A DNA stretch of 64,000 bases from an uncultured OCS116 cluster bacterium (GTDB lineage: Bacteria; Pseudomonadota; Alphaproteobacteria; Rhizobiales; TMED25), in the NCBI GenBank assembly GCA_902632055.1, contig CACPAS010000003.1, positions 2,105-66,104 of the forward strand, read 5' to 3'. A model generated the notes under the pieces. It saw only the letters and a program-made list of their open reading frames with translations. It had not been told where the DNA came from and ran no database searches. Position numbers and translations under genes: made by a program. Shown piece after piece: positions 1 through 9,879 of the stretch; position 1 is the first letter of the stretch; every line of letters begins with the position of its first letter.

Positions 1-120
1 TTGCATTCCTTCAGATAGTTTTTTCTGTGAGTCTTCATTAAAAATATAGCCTCTTTTTTCAATTTGTGTCGAGCATGATGCCATAATTAACAAAAGTAAT
101 ATTATTAATATTTTTTTCAT
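1..120 (-). CDS. bamE: BamE (SmpA/OmlA)-like outer-membrane lipoprotein; only the N-terminal 40 codons are in the window
   Basis: Manual reverse-strand translation from ATG at 118-120 gives MKKILIILLLLIMASCSTQIEKRGYIFNEDSQKKLSEGMQ. It has a signal peptide, a lipobox (MASC) and an RGY motif typical of BamE. It is divergent from the cbp3-like gene, as in many alphaproteobacteria. It is absent from the ORF track because it is truncated. Confidence 0.45.
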   Translation of the reverse strand, partial: MKKILIILLLLIMASCSTQIEKRGYIFNEDSQKKLSEGMQ

Positions 121-189
121 ATCTAGCACTTTAAATAAAAAATAATAGTAGTTATTAAATAATATATAGATAATGTGAGATAACAATAG

Positions 190-729
190 ATGATTTTTTT
201 TAAAAGTGATAAAGATACGCATTTTGATCTATACTATAAAATTGTTAATATTTCTCGTGGCAGAGATTTTTACTCTAAATGTCAAGTTCCAGATACGATG
301 GATGGAAGGTTCGAAATCCTAATATTACATCTGATCGTACTTATACGTAAATTGAAAATGGAAAATCAAGAGCAGCTCTCACAATCTATTGTAGATTTGA
401 TGTTTTCATCAATAGATCTATCATTAAGGGAAGAGGGTGTTGGTGATTTATCAATCCCAAAAAAAATGAAGAAAGTTGGAATGGTATTTTATGGAAGGTC
501 AACATCATTAGAACAGATCTTAGAAACAGATGATGTGACCATAAAAAAAAATTTGCTTGATGATTATTTCTTAAGAAATGCATTTTCTTCAAATGCTTCA
601 AATAAAAAAAATGCTGATTTATTATCAAGGTATACAATTGCATTTGAAGGGCTTCTAACGAAAGTAAGCATAAGCGAAATACCAAAACTTGATGTTCAAA
701 GTAAAATCCAAATATTCAATACGAATTAA
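190..729 (+). CDS. Ubiquinol-cytochrome c chaperone family protein (Cbp3/UQCC1-like domain)
   Basis: The 179-aa ORF has an N-terminal region (YYKIVNISRGRDFY...PDTMDGRFEILILHL) resembling the Ubiq_cyt_C_chap family. Its position between bamE and plsX is conserved in alphaproteobacteria. Confidence 0.65.
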   Translation: MIFFKSDKDTHFDLYYKIVNISRGRDFYSKCQVPDTMDGRFEILILHLIVLIRKLKMENQEQLSQSIVDLMFSSIDLSLREEGVGDLSIPKKMKKVGMVFYGRSTSLEQILETDDVTIKKNLLDDYFLRNAFSSNASNKKNADLLSRYTIAFEGLLTKVSISEIPKLDVQSKIQIFNTN

Positions 730-796
730 TTAATTTTATTTTAAGTATATAATTGTAAAAACTGGTGTATATTCATTAAATCATTTATTATTAATT

Positions 797-1831
797 ATGT
801 CTGATCAGGTAAACATAGCTGTTGATTGCATGGGTGGTGATGATAATGCCTCTTTCGTCATGCCTGGTTTATTACTCACTTTAAAAAAATATCCAAACAT
901 TAAGTTTCAACTATTCGGTGACGAAGAGACTATTAAATCAAGAATCTCCAAATACAAGGCGGTTGAAAATGCCTCCCAGATCATTCATTGTGATACTTAT
1001 GTTAAAATGGATGAAAAACCATCTATCGCAATAAAAAATGGCCGTGGTAAGTCAAGCATTTGGGTTGCTATTGAGTCTATTAAGCAAGGAAATGCCGACT
1101 TTATGATTTCTGCCGGTAACACAGGCGCGCTCATGGCAATGGCAACGCTAATTCTTAAGACAATATCAAAAATACAGAGACCAGCTATTGCTGCGATTTG
1201 GCCAACCATCAATGGAGAAACGGTTGTTTTAGATATAGGCGCAACAATTGGATTTAATAAGAAACAACTAATTGATTTTTCAATTTTAGGAGCTTCAATG
1301 GCTCAGATAATATTTGATGTAAAGCAGCCGACACTATCACTGCTGAACATCGGTGAGGAAGAAATTAAAGGCTTGGATGAAATAAAAGCATCACATGAAA
1401 TATTGAAATCAACAGAGCATTTTTTTAGATATAAAGGTTTTATTGAGGGGAACCAGATTGGCAGAGGTTTTTCAGACGTCGTTGTCACGGATGGCTTTAC
1501 TGGGAACATCGCGTTAAAGACCGCCGAGGGTACAGCGAGTCAAATTTCAAAATATTTCAAGGACTCAATTAATAGGTCATTAATGGCAAAAGTTGGCTAT
1601 TTTTTTGCTGCAAGCGCATTCAAATCACTGAGAGAAAAAATGAATCCTAGTAGGTTGAATGGCGGGGTTTTTCTTGGTTTGAATGGGATAGTTATTAAGA
1701 GTCATGGAAAGACAGACCCTGTGGGGTTTTCCTCGGCTGTTGATTTGGGTATAGATATGCATAAAGCAGCGCTCATCGATAAGATAAAAAGTAATATTGG
1801 AGTAACCGAAAAGGAAGTAAATATTGATTAA
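797..1831 (+). CDS. plsX: Phosphate acyltransferase PlsX
   Basis: Shows PlsX hallmarks (IAVDCMGGD, SAGNTGA, IKSHG) and lies immediately upstream of fabH. Confidence 0.95.
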   Translation: MSDQVNIAVDCMGGDDNASFVMPGLLLTLKKYPNIKFQLFGDEETIKSRISKYKAVENASQIIHCDTYVKMDEKPSIAIKNGRGKSSIWVAIESIKQGNADFMISAGNTGALMAMATLILKTISKIQRPAIAAIWPTINGETVVLDIGATIGFNKKQLIDFSILGASMAQIIFDVKQPTLSLLNIGEEEIKGLDEIKASHEILKSTEHFFRYKGFIEGNQIGRGFSDVVVTDGFTGNIALKTAEGTASQISKYFKDSINRSLMAKVGYFFAASAFKSLREKMNPSRLNGGVFLGLNGIVIKSHGKTDPVGFSSAVDLGIDMHKAALIDKIKSNIGVTEKEVNID

Positions 1832-2792
1832 TACAATAGTTAAGGGTATTGGCATGTACTTGCCAGAAAAAATTTTAACAAACGATGATATTTCAGAATT
1901 TGTCAATACCAGCCACGAATGGATCTATGAAAGAACTGGCATAAGGCAGAGACATATCGCATCAGAAGATCAAATGACTTCTGACCTTGCTCATATGGCT
2001 GCCCTAGATGCTATCCAAGATGCCAACATTAACGCCGCAGACATAGACCTAATCATATTAGCAACTTCTACTCCAGATCAGGTTTTTCCATCTACTGCAG
2101 TAAAATTACAGGATATATTGAATATTAAAAGGGGGGCTGCATTTGATATTCATGCTGTATGTAGCGGTTTTATCTATGCGTTATCTACAGCCGATAACTT
2201 TATCAAGAGCGGTAAATATAAAAGAATACTTGTTGTTGGTTCGGAAGTTTATTCCAGAATACTCGACTGGAAAGATAGATCAACCTGTGTACTATTTGGG
2301 GACGCCTCAGGGGCTTTCATATTAGAGGGCCAGAATAAAAATAGTATTACTAGTGGTATAATTGACTCTGTCATCAGGTCTGATGGTCAATACCGAGGTA
2401 AATTATATTGTGATGGTGGTCCATCTATGAAGTCAAGTACTGATAATTTCATAAATATGGATGGGAAGGAAGTTTATAAACATGCGGTGGAAAAGCAAAC
2501 TGCAATTGTTGAAGAGTTATTAGACTCAGCTGGTGTCGATATAGATGCTATCGACTGGTTTGTACCGCATCAGGCAAACCTGAGGATACTACAGACCACC
2601 GCAAAGAAATTAAAACTCAAGGAAGAGAAGATTATTGTAACGGTAGATAAGCATGCCAATACATCATCTGCGTCAATACCAGTCGCTATGGCTACCGCTG
2701 TAAAAGATGGCAAAATAAAAAGGGGAGACATGCTGTTACTTGAGGCCTTTGGTGCTGGGTTTACATGGGGTGCCGTTCTATTGAGATATTAA
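1824..2792 (+). CDS. fabH: 3-oxoacyl-ACP synthase III (FabH)
   Basis: Carries KAS III motifs (AVCSGF, PHQAN, NTSSASIP). The N-terminus GIGMYLPE aligns with FabH only if the TTG at 1824 is the start, which overlaps the plsX stop by 8 nt. Confidence 0.95.
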   Translation: MINTIVKGIGMYLPEKILTNDDISEFVNTSHEWIYERTGIRQRHIASEDQMTSDLAHMAALDAIQDANINAADIDLIILATSTPDQVFPSTAVKLQDILNIKRGAAFDIHAVCSGFIYALSTADNFIKSGKYKRILVVGSEVYSRILDWKDRSTCVLFGDASGAFILEGQNKNSITSGIIDSVIRSDGQYRGKLYCDGGPSMKSSTDNFINMDGKEVYKHAVEKQTAIVEELLDSAGVDIDAIDWFVPHQANLRILQTTAKKLKLKEEKIIVTVDKHANTSSASIPVAMATAVKDGKIKRGDMLLLEAFGAGFTWGAVLLRY

Positions 2793-2855
2793 AAAAAATG
2801 ATTCTCATAGTTGACTGTAAGTTATATCTAGCTTAAAAATATTACTGAGGGAAAA

Positions 2856-3149
2856 ATGACTGACAAAACATTAACAAGATTAGGGATATGCGAAGCAATA
2901 TATAGACAGATCGGTCTATCAAGAAAAGACTCCTTAGATATTGTTCAGAATATACTAGAAAAAAAAGCTAATTCTCTCTCTAATGGAAATGACATAAAGC
3001 TGTCCTCATTTGGCAGCTTCCTCATAAAAAGAAAAAAATCAAGAATAGGAAGAAATCCAAAAACAAAGATAGAAGCTGTAATCAGCGAAAGAAATGTTGT
3101 TATCTTTAGACCCAGCATGCAGTTAAAAAATAAAATTAATACAGATTAG
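2856..3149 (+). CDS. ihfA: Integration host factor subunit alpha
   Basis: A 97-aa HU/IHF-family protein (FGSF..K.....GRNPKT arm) in the conserved fabH-ihfA-merR order. Confidence 0.9.
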   Translation: MTDKTLTRLGICEAIYRQIGLSRKDSLDIVQNILEKKANSLSNGNDIKLSSFGSFLIKRKKSRIGRNPKTKIEAVISERNVVIFRPSMQLKNKINTD

Positions 3150-3162
3150 TAAAGTTAGAATA

Positions 3163-3618
3163 ATGAATGAAAAAGCTGAAGATGCATTCAAAACAATAAG
3201 CGAGGTTTCGGGGGAGTTAAACATCCCACAACACGTATTAAGATTTTGGGAAAAGAAATTTAAACAAATAAAACCTATGACGCGCGGAGGGGGTAGAAGA
3301 TTTTACCGTCCGGAAGATGTCGATCTTTTAAAGGCAATATATAACCTTTTATATACTGAAATGTATAGCATCAGCGGCGTTCAGAAAATTTTTAAGGATA
3401 AAGGAAAAAGCTATATTTTGGATAGCTTTGCTTCTTCGGGTAATACAAAGAAAATGGACAAAGTTAATCACAATGAAGATAATGCTAGTGATTATGTAGC
3501 CGATTTATTTAACAGTCAGAATTCAGATGAGTCTGAGTTAAATTTTAAAAATTTTCTTAATGACTCAATATCTGAGTTGGAGTCTTTAAAAGAAATATTA
3601 CAAAAAAGCTATAGCTAA
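3163..3618 (+). CDS. MerR-family transcriptional regulator
   Basis: Has an N-terminal MerR HTH ([25 protein letters not shown]...[13 protein letters not shown]). It is the conserved partner downstream of ihfA in alphaproteobacteria. Confidence 0.85.
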   Translation: MNEKAEDAFKTISEVSGELNIPQHVLRFWEKKFKQIKPMTRGGGRRFYRPEDVDLLKAIYNLLYTEMYSISGVQKIFKDKGKSYILDSFASSGNTKKMDKVNHNEDNASDYVADLFNSQNSDESELNFKNFLNDSISELESLKEILQKSYS

Positions 3619-3806
3619 TTCTTTTTTTTCAATATGAATATAATTGGTATTGTCCACAATATGCCTATGAGCATGTAAAACAAGATCTCTATAAAAATAT
3701 TATTTAGTTCTAAAACAAAAACACCTACTCGCATTGAAATTAATATATATATAAATAAATATATTAGGAAGATTGCTGTATAAATTATTTTTCGGAAATT
3801 ATTCAT
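3615..3806 (-). CDS. Small two-TM membrane protein, DUF2842-like
   Basis: 63 aa with two hydrophobic helices and a basic C-terminus, resembling the alphaproteobacterial DUF2842 family. Its stop overlaps the merR stop by 4 nt. Confidence 0.5.
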   Translation of the reverse strand: MNNFRKIIYTAIFLIYLFIYILISMRVGVFVLELNNIFIEILFYMLIGILWTIPIIFILKKKN

Positions 3807-3834
3807 ATCTTATATCAATTAAAACTATAATCAT

Positions 3835-4923
3835 ATGATAATCAATGAGGATAGAAATATAAATCAAAATATTAAAAATGATGATGTTTCTCTATGGTTA
3901 ATATTGACCATAGTCACTCTTATATCCCTCATAATTATTGGGGGTATAACAAGGCTCACTGAATCCGGCCTTTCAATAACGGAGTGGCAGCCGATTTCTG
4001 GGATTTTTTTTCCACTCTCAGAGTTATCTTGGCAAAAGGAGTTTGATAAATACAAGCAGATACCAGAATTTTTTTTGGTAAACTCGGCAATGAGTCTAGC
4101 TGAATTTAAAATTATATATTTTTGGGAGTGGTTCCATAGGTTCCTAGCAAGACTTCTCGGATTTGTTTTTTTTATACCATATATGTACTTCTTACTAAGA
4201 AATAAATTTTCAAAAAAAGAGAAAATGTTTCTCCCATTTATTTTGCTTATGGGTGTTGCTCAGGCATTCGTCGGTTGGTATATGGTACAAAGTGGTCTGG
4301 TAGAGAACATAAATGTGAGCCAATACAGACTTGCAACACATCTATCGATTGCTTTTTTGATCCTAGGATCTCTATTTCTATTGTATCTATTGAGATCCGA
4401 AAGCATAATATATTTAAAAACCAGACCAACATTATTCCTAAAAGTTTCATCACTTATTTTGCTTCTCCTAACATTTATTCAGATTATTCTTGGCGCATTC
4501 ATGTCAGGAACTCGTTCCGGTTTATCATACAATACCTGGCCATTAATCGATGGTGAATTTATACCTGATGGACTTTTTTCAATATCAGTTTGGTATTTAA
4601 ATTTTTTTGAGAACCCACTTACCATTCATTTTGATCATAGAATGCTGGCATACATACTATGCGTTGTAATATTTATACAATTCATCCATATTAATAAAAA
4701 ATTTTCAGGTACTTCCTATAAGAATTCATCATTGTGCCTTGTTGCAATAATGCTCTATCAGGTTATCGTTGGGATTATTGCTGTTGTTTATCAAGTTCCA
4801 ATAATAATCGGAGTATTGCATCAGTTTGGCGCAGTGCTATTATTTTTAGCAGTACTGCGCCATTTCTATTTGATAACTTACTGTGGATTTAGACTTTTGA
4901 AAGAGCCTGCTCCAAATCACTGA
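3835..4923 (+). CDS. ctaA: Heme A synthase (COX15/CtaA)
   Basis: Has the motif GGITRLTESGLSITEW, a multi-TM topology and conserved His residues in the TM helices. Confidence 0.9.
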   Translation: MIINEDRNINQNIKNDDVSLWLILTIVTLISLIIIGGITRLTESGLSITEWQPISGIFFPLSELSWQKEFDKYKQIPEFFLVNSAMSLAEFKIIYFWEWFHRFLARLLGFVFFIPYMYFLLRNKFSKKEKMFLPFILLMGVAQAFVGWYMVQSGLVENINVSQYRLATHLSIAFLILGSLFLLYLLRSESIIYLKTRPTLFLKVSSLILLLLTFIQIILGAFMSGTRSGLSYNTWPLIDGEFIPDGLFSISVWYLNFFENPLTIHFDHRMLAYILCVVIFIQFIHINKKFSGTSYKNSSLCLVAIMLYQVIVGIIAVVYQVPIIIGVLHQFGAVLLFLAVLRHFYLITYCGFRLLKEPAPNH

Positions 4924-6175
4924 TAATATCAGATATATCCTCAATCCCAATAGACAACCGTACAACATCTTTAGAGGCTCCAGCAAGCCTTTGCTGTTCA
5001 TCGGTAAGTTGACTGTGTGTTGTGGATGATGGGTGTATTATCAAACTTTTGGCGTCACCGATATTTGCTAGGTGACTGAATAAGTTCACCTCATTTACAA
5101 GCTTAACACCAGCATCATAACCCCCTTTCAAACCGAATGTGAAGACTGCACCAGTCCCATTAGGGCAATATTTATCTGCGTATTTGCGATAATCGCTACT
5201 CGGAAGCCCAGCATAGTTAACCCATGCAACTTTGTCATGCTTTTCTAGGTACTTTGCAACCTCCAATGCATTATTTGAATGTTGTTTCATGCGTAACGCA
5301 ACTGTTTCAATTCCATTTAGGATCAGAAATGCATTAAACGGCGAAATAGCAGGACCTAGATCTCTTAATGAGAGAAATCTGCATGCGATAGCGTAAGATA
5401 GACCCATTCCACCGAAAGTTTCATGGAAGTTAAGACCGTGATAGCTAGGATGTGGTTCGCTAAGGTCAGGATATTTATCATCTTTTGACCAGTCAAATTC
5501 ACCGCCATCTACTATTATACCACCAATGGAATTTCCCTGCCCACCGAGAAACTTTGTTAAAGAGTGAACAACAATATTCGCGCCAAAATCCAAGGGTCTA
5601 CAGAGATATGGTGTAGCCATTGTATTGTCTACAATCAAAGGCAGATGATGCTCTTCTGCAACTCTCGCAATTGCCTCAATATCTGTAATAATGCCACCAG
5701 GGTTTGCAATTGACTCAATGAATATTGCTTTTGTTTTATCATTTATCTTTGATTTGTAATCATCGATATCATTTGCTTCTGCCCAAGACACATTCCAATC
5801 GAATTTTTTAAATGAATGGTTAAATTGGTTTATTGATCCTCCATATAGCTTATTAGAGGCGATAAATTCGTCACCTGCGCTCATAAGGGGGTGCAACGCA
5901 ATTAATTGCGCAGCGTGACCTGATGCGAGGGCAAGAGCTCCCTTACCACCTTCTAATTCGGCTACACGTTTTTCAAGAACATCTTGAGTAGGATTCATAA
6001 TTCTTGTGTATATATTTCCAAAGGCTCGACCTGCGAATAGGTCGGCGGCATGTTCTGCATTTTCGAAAACATATGAACTTGTTTGATATATAGGCGTCGC
6101 TCTCGCACCTGTAGATGGGTCTGGTTGCGCACCAGAATGAATTGCAACAGTATTAAAACCTGCTTTCTCGCTCAT
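4889..6175 (-). CDS. metY: O-acetylhomoserine (thiol)-lyase / sulfhydrylase
   Basis: 428-aa PLP-dependent Cys/Met-metabolism enzyme. The N-terminus GFNTVAIHSGAQPDPSTGARATPIYQTSSYVF and the PLP-lysine motif SLTKFLGG are typical of MetY. Confidence 0.9.
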   Translation of the reverse strand: MSEKAGFNTVAIHSGAQPDPSTGARATPIYQTSSYVFENAEHAADLFAGRAFGNIYTRIMNPTQDVLEKRVAELEGGKGALALASGHAAQLIALHPLMSAGDEFIASNKLYGGSINQFNHSFKKFDWNVSWAEANDIDDYKSKINDKTKAIFIESIANPGGIITDIEAIARVAEEHHLPLIVDNTMATPYLCRPLDFGANIVVHSLTKFLGGQGNSIGGIIVDGGEFDWSKDDKYPDLSEPHPSYHGLNFHETFGGMGLSYAIACRFLSLRDLGPAISPFNAFLILNGIETVALRMKQHSNNALEVAKYLEKHDKVAWVNYAGLPSSDYRKYADKYCPNGTGAVFTFGLKGGYDAGVKLVNEVNLFSHLANIGDAKSLIIHPSSTTHSQLTDEQQRLAGASKDVVRLSIGIEDISDIISDLEQALSKV

Positions 6176-6518
6176 TTTTTAATCTCCCTAAAAATTTTTT
6201 AAACTGTAAGACATTAAAACTAACATATATATGTCAGTCTTTATTTTTATCTTTCTAAATTAATGTGTGAAAATATTCTAAATTAAAGCCATTTAATAGC
6301 ATTATTTGTTAAAAATAATAAAATAATACGATTTGTGATGAAATAAGAATAAAAAAATCAAAGTAGTTCATCCGTAGATTGGTGTTAGCAATCCTATCAT
6401 AAGGTACCATAATACCACACTGTTAAAATATTGATTTAAAATGAAAAATACATCAAAAAAAAATTGACTTATGCCATAATTGCTGTATTTATTCCATATT
6501 ATTAAATTAAGAGCGATT

Positions 6519-6983
6519 ATGAATACTTACAACATCAAACAGTCTGAAGTTAAAAAAAATTGGATACTAATCGATGCAGATGGGTTGGTCTTAGGTCGCT
6601 TGGCAACACACATTGCAGCAATATTAAGAGGTAAAAATAAGCCTATCTTTACTCCACATGTAGACTGTGGCGATAATGTAATAGTAATAAATGCTGAGAA
6701 AGTTCATCTCACTGGGCTCAAGAGGGATAAAAAAACTTACTATTGGCATACAGGGTATCCGGGCGGCATAAAAAGTACGACTGCTTCTGATATATTAGAA
6801 GGCAAGTTTCCTGAGAGGGTGATCAAAAAGGCGGTTCAAAGAATGCTTCCAGGAGGACCACTCTCAAGAAAGCAGATGAAGAATTTAAAAGTATATTCAG
6901 GCAGTCAACATCCGCATGAAGCCCAACAGCCAACAATTGATGACTTTGCTAATCAAAACCCAAAGAATACAAGGAGAGCATGA
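6519..6983 (+). CDS. rplM: 50S ribosomal protein L13
   Basis: L13 sequence ([19 protein letters not shown]). I chose the internal ATG at 6519 rather than the ORF-track start at 6480. Confidence 0.95.
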   Translation: MNTYNIKQSEVKKNWILIDADGLVLGRLATHIAAILRGKNKPIFTPHVDCGDNVIVINAEKVHLTGLKRDKKTYYWHTGYPGGIKSTTASDILEGKFPERVIKKAVQRMLPGGPLSRKQMKNLKVYSGSQHPHEAQQPTIDDFANQNPKNTRRA

Positions 6984-6984
6984 C

Positions 6985-7479
6985 ATGGCCGCTGAAAACA
7001 GCCTTGAAGTATTAGAAAACGAAAATCAAGACATTTCAAATGGTGTTTCTGAAACAGCGCGTGCGGTTGTATATGAAAAGAAAGTTGATAATCTTGGTCG
7101 CTCATATGCAACAGGTAAGAGGAAAAATGCCGTAGCAAGAGTTTGGATAAAGCCCGGTAGCGGTAATGTTACAGTTAATGGTAAAGATTTTGATGTTTTT
7201 TTTGCGAGACCCGTACTTAGAATGATTGTGCAACAACCCCTCGATGCGACGGATACTAGAGGAAGTTTCGATATATATTGCACAGTTTCAGGTGGCGGGT
7301 TGTCTGGTCAAGCTGGTGCAATCAGGCATGGTTTATCTAAAGCGCTTCTGAATTTTGAACCTCAGAACAGAGCTGCATTGAAATCTGGTGGCTTTCTGAC
7401 ACGTGACTCAAGAGTAGTTGAACGAAAAAAATATGGAAGAGCTAAAGCGAGAAAGAGCTTCCAATTCTCAAAAAGATAA
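6985..7479 (+). CDS. rpsI: 30S ribosomal protein S9
   Basis: S9 C-terminus ([19 protein letters not shown]...RKKYG..KARK.FQFSKR). The ATG at 6985 is preceded by AAGGAG (6971-6976) and lies 1 nt after the rplM stop. Confidence 0.95.
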   Translation: MAAENSLEVLENENQDISNGVSETARAVVYEKKVDNLGRSYATGKRKNAVARVWIKPGSGNVTVNGKDFDVFFARPVLRMIVQQPLDATDTRGSFDIYCTVSGGGLSGQAGAIRHGLSKALLNFEPQNRAALKSGGFLTRDSRVVERKKYGRAKARKSFQFSKR

Positions 7480-7569
7480 GTCTTCGAAATATACTTCAGC
7501 AAAAATATCATATGTGATATTATTTATAAATTGTTTGTAAATTCTGGATAATTCAGCGTTAGGAAAGAA

Positions 7570-8616
7570 ATGGCAACAAAAGACATAAGTGTCGGAGTCA
7601 TAGGGGCGTCAGGGTACACAGGGTCAGATCTGATCCGAATGCTAATAAGTCATCCAAAAATTGATTTGAAATATGCTTCGGCAAATAATCACGCTGGACA
7701 AAAAATTAGTGAAATATATCCCTATCTACATGGTAAAATAGATCTAGTCCTTGAAAAATGGGAGGATATAAATTGGTCTACAGTCGATGTAATATTTAGT
7801 TGCCTCCCTCACGGTATCTTTCATGAAATATTTCAAAAGTTACCAGATAAAAATATAATAATTGATTTATCTGCAGACTTTCGCCTATCAAGTGCAGAAG
7901 ATTACTCCTACTGGTACAGCTTCGAGCATAAGTCAATAGAAAAAATAAACCAATTTGCATATGGGCTGACTGAACTTAATCGGCCAAAAATAAGAAAATC
8001 AAAGTTTATCGCTTGTCCGGGATGTTATCCAACAGCAACACTGTTATCTCTATACCCGCTAATCGCTGAAGATTTAATAGACCAAAGCCATATAACTATC
8101 GATGCAAAGTCTGGCATTAGTGGCGCCGGGAGAAGCCCAAAAAGAGATTTACTTTTCAGCGAGATTTCTGAGTCTTTTAGGCCATATTCTGTTATTGGAC
8201 ACAGACACATTCCTGAAATTGAACAACAATTGATGCTGTACTCAAAAAATGATATTAAAATTAATTTTATACCACATTTAGTTCCGATGAATAGAGGAGA
8301 ACTTGTAACATCTCATGTGCGGTTGAATAAGGATATTGATCTCAATGAGGTCATTGAGGTCTATGGCTCAAATTATAAAAATGATGATTTTATAAATATA
8401 ATGAGCAACGGTAATGTGCCCAATACAATAAATGTAAGAGGAACAAATAACTGTGATATTGCTGTGATTCCAGGCAGAGTTGATCAAACTTTGATAGTTA
8501 TCTCAGCGATAGATAATTTGGTCAAAGGTTCTAGTGGTCAAGCGATACAAAATATGAATCTTATACATGGATGGCCAGAAGAACTTGGTTTAAGTAAAAT
8601 ATCTATATTTCCTTGA
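7570..8616 (+). CDS. argC: N-acetyl-gamma-glutamyl-phosphate reductase
   Basis: N-terminal GASGYTGSDLIRML Rossmann motif, active-site region ACPGCYPT, and a typical ArgC length. Confidence 0.95.
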   Translation: MATKDISVGVIGASGYTGSDLIRMLISHPKIDLKYASANNHAGQKISEIYPYLHGKIDLVLEKWEDINWSTVDVIFSCLPHGIFHEIFQKLPDKNIIIDLSADFRLSSAEDYSYWYSFEHKSIEKINQFAYGLTELNRPKIRKSKFIACPGCYPTATLLSLYPLIAEDLIDQSHITIDAKSGISGAGRSPKRDLLFSEISESFRPYSVIGHRHIPEIEQQLMLYSKNDIKINFIPHLVPMNRGELVTSHVRLNKDIDLNEVIEVYGSNYKNDDFINIMSNGNVPNTINVRGTNNCDIAVIPGRVDQTLIVISAIDNLVKGSSGQAIQNMNLIHGWPEELGLSKISIFP

Positions 8617-8684
8617 TTTTAGATATATATGTATTAAAAATCATTATCATGGAATTTTTCAGGGTGAATTATTATTTATAAAAT

Positions 8685-9866
8685 ATGAGTACAGAATTTC
8701 ACAGAATTAAGCAGCTTCCACCGTATGTTTTTGAAAGCGTAAATAAATTAAAAGCAAATTATCGTGCAAGGGGTGATGATATAATTGATCTTGGTATGGG
8801 TAACCCTGATATGGCAACTCCAAGCCATATCAGAGACAAGTTAATTGAGACAGTAAATAAGCCAAAAACGAATAGATATAGCGCTTCAAAGGGTATTTCA
8901 GGACTTCTCAGGGCACAAGCTAAATATTATGAGAGAAGATTTGGTGTGAAATTAAAACCTGAAACTGAAATTGTGGCAACACTCGGCTCAAAAGAGGGTT
9001 TCGCGAATATTGCTCAGGCCATAACCGCGCCAGGCGATATTATTCTAGCCCCAAACCCTACATACCCAATTCATCAGTTCGGTTTTATAATATCAGGGGG
9101 AATCATCAGAAATATGCCGGCTGTCCCTGATGAGAATTTTTTAAGATGTCTCGAAAAAGAGGTAGTTAACTCAAACCCAAAACCAAAGGTCTTGGTTGTA
9201 AATTATCCGTCAAATCCTACAGCATTAAATGCGAGTATCGACTTCTATAAAGACATTGTATCATTTTGTAAAAAAAATGATTTAATTATTTTATCAGATC
9301 TTGCTTATTCAGAAATCTATTTCGATACGAGTCCGCCACCATCAATATTGCAAATAAACGGTGCAAAATCTATCTCTGTTGAATTTACTTCAATGTCAAA
9401 AACCTACGCTATGCCGGGTTGGAGAATTGGTTTTGCCGTTGGCAATGAGAGGATCATTTCAGCATTAATCAGAGTGAAATCATATCTTGACTATGGAGCT
9501 TTTACTCCAATTCAAGTGGCAGCCGCCGCAGCATTAAACGGCAACCAAGATTGTGTTGATGAAATAAGGCAATGTTACAAGAATCGACGTGATACACTCA
9601 TCAAGTCTTTTTCAAATGCAGGGTGGGAAATACCATCACCTCCATCATCTATGTTTGCATGGGCACCAATTCCTGATAAGTTCAAGAAATACGGTTCAGT
9701 TGAATTTTCAAAAATTTTACTGAAGAAAACAAAGGTAGCTGTCTCCCCCGGCGTAGGATTTGGAAGCGAAGGTGAAGGATTTTTAAGAATTGCTCTAGTT
9801 GAGAATGAGCATCGTATTCGCCAAGCTGCAAGAAATATAAAGAAATATTTGTTTAATGATGTTTAG
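8685..9866 (+). CDS. Class I/II PLP-dependent aminotransferase (AlaC / aspartate-aminotransferase-like)
   Basis: Motifs GMGNPD, NYPSNPT and SMSKTYAMPGWRIG (PLP lysine). It sits upstream of hom, as in many proteobacteria. Confidence 0.85.
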   Translation: MSTEFHRIKQLPPYVFESVNKLKANYRARGDDIIDLGMGNPDMATPSHIRDKLIETVNKPKTNRYSASKGISGLLRAQAKYYERRFGVKLKPETEIVATLGSKEGFANIAQAITAPGDIILAPNPTYPIHQFGFIISGGIIRNMPAVPDENFLRCLEKEVVNSNPKPKVLVVNYPSNPTALNASIDFYKDIVSFCKKNDLIILSDLAYSEIYFDTSPPPSILQINGAKSISVEFTSMSKTYAMPGWRIGFAVGNERIISALIRVKSYLDYGAFTPIQVAAAAALNGNQDCVDEIRQCYKNRRDTLIKSFSNAGWEIPSPPSSMFAWAPIPDKFKKYGSVEFSKILLKKTKVAVSPGVGFGSEGEGFLRIALVENEHRIRQAARNIKKYLFNDV

Positions 9867-9879
9867 GTTTTAAATTGCC

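Noticed and set aside
6176-6300. SAM-II or SAM-V riboswitch in the metY leader (SAM-V is known upstream of metY in Pelagibacter).
   Set aside because: I could not find the conserved AAAGCU-type 3' strand or a convincing pseudoknot. It is kept only as a low-interest open question and needs a covariance-model scan.
6480-6518. N-terminal extensions implied by the ORF track for rplM (6480), rpsI (6916), recJ (12092), rpsB (26148), pyrG (52316) and dxr (30969).
   Set aside because: Internal starts restore canonical protein N-termini, have Shine-Dalgarno sequences and remove overlaps with the upstream genes. The extensions have no conserved-looking sequence.
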